Source of the DNA: Syntrophorhabdaceae bacterium
Lineage (GTDB): Bacteria > Desulfobacterota > Syntrophorhabdia > Syntrophorhabdales > Syntrophorhabdaceae
Direction: 5' to 3'
Assembly (NCBI GenBank): GCA_963666485.2
Contig: CAXXUO010000003.1
Coordinates: 32,001-96,000 of the forward strand
Length of the DNA: 64,000 nucleotides
The translations under genes and the position numbers were made by a program. How positions within the stretch are numbered: position 1 is the first letter of the stretch; every line of letters starts with the position of its first letter. Shown one piece after another: positions 63,884 through 64,000 of the stretch. Under the pieces are notes generated by a model. That model did not search any database. It was not told the DNA's origin and saw only the letters and a list, made by a program, of their open reading frames with translations.

Positions 63884-64000
63884 ATGCCCAGGAAACTTTT
63901 TGTACTTTTTTGGATGGCCGCTTCATGGCTTATTCTTGCGGGGAACGCCGGTGCCGCCTCGGTCGAGCTTTTTTCGCCGGAAGGCACGGTCAAGGATGTA
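63884..64000 (+). CDS. N-terminus of an exported protein, possibly bacterial alpha-2-macroglobulin (partial)
   Basis: GGGAGG RBS; signal peptide MPRKLFVLFWMAASWLILAGNAGA then SVELFSPEGTVKDV, open to the window end. Confidence 0.5.
   Translation, partial: MPRKLFVLFWMAASWLILAGNAGAASVELFSPEGTVKDV

Overview
The window joins two compositionally different genomes at about 21995-22040. Bases 1-~21995 are very GC-rich, Desulfovibrio/Solidesulfovibrio-like DNA. They carry an ECF transporter plus radical SAM cluster, mop, hypAB, rsmD-coaD-miaA, an amidase, tatA, yggT-divIVA-yggU and ilvBNC. Many single-base frameshifts occur from ~6 kb onward, and the segment ends in a probable acs start cut after 17 codons. 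Bases ~22040-64000 are moderate-GC, Syntrophorhabdus-like deltaproteobacterial DNA (taxonomy inferred by eye). They carry tig-clpPX, tRNA-Val/Asp, GH57, fhs, tamAB, a UGA-readthrough rhodanese, a TA pair, purL, panBCD, the rpsB-tsf-pyrH-frr-uppS-cdsA-dxr-rseP-tsaB operon and cobA-hemD. The most striking system is three ~100-aa GIY-YIG nuclease genes (29758, 43998, 61272). Each is enclosed by perfect 34-35 bp inverted CGTC-tagged hairpin repeats, and the repeat class tracks nuclease similarity. They come with polarised 19-20 bp tandem arrays growing out of the repeat ends, gene-less repeat doublets elsewhere in the segment, and heptamer-microsatellite inverted-repeat shells. Together this resembles a REP/RAYT-type system with a GIY-YIG nuclease in place of an HUH transposase.
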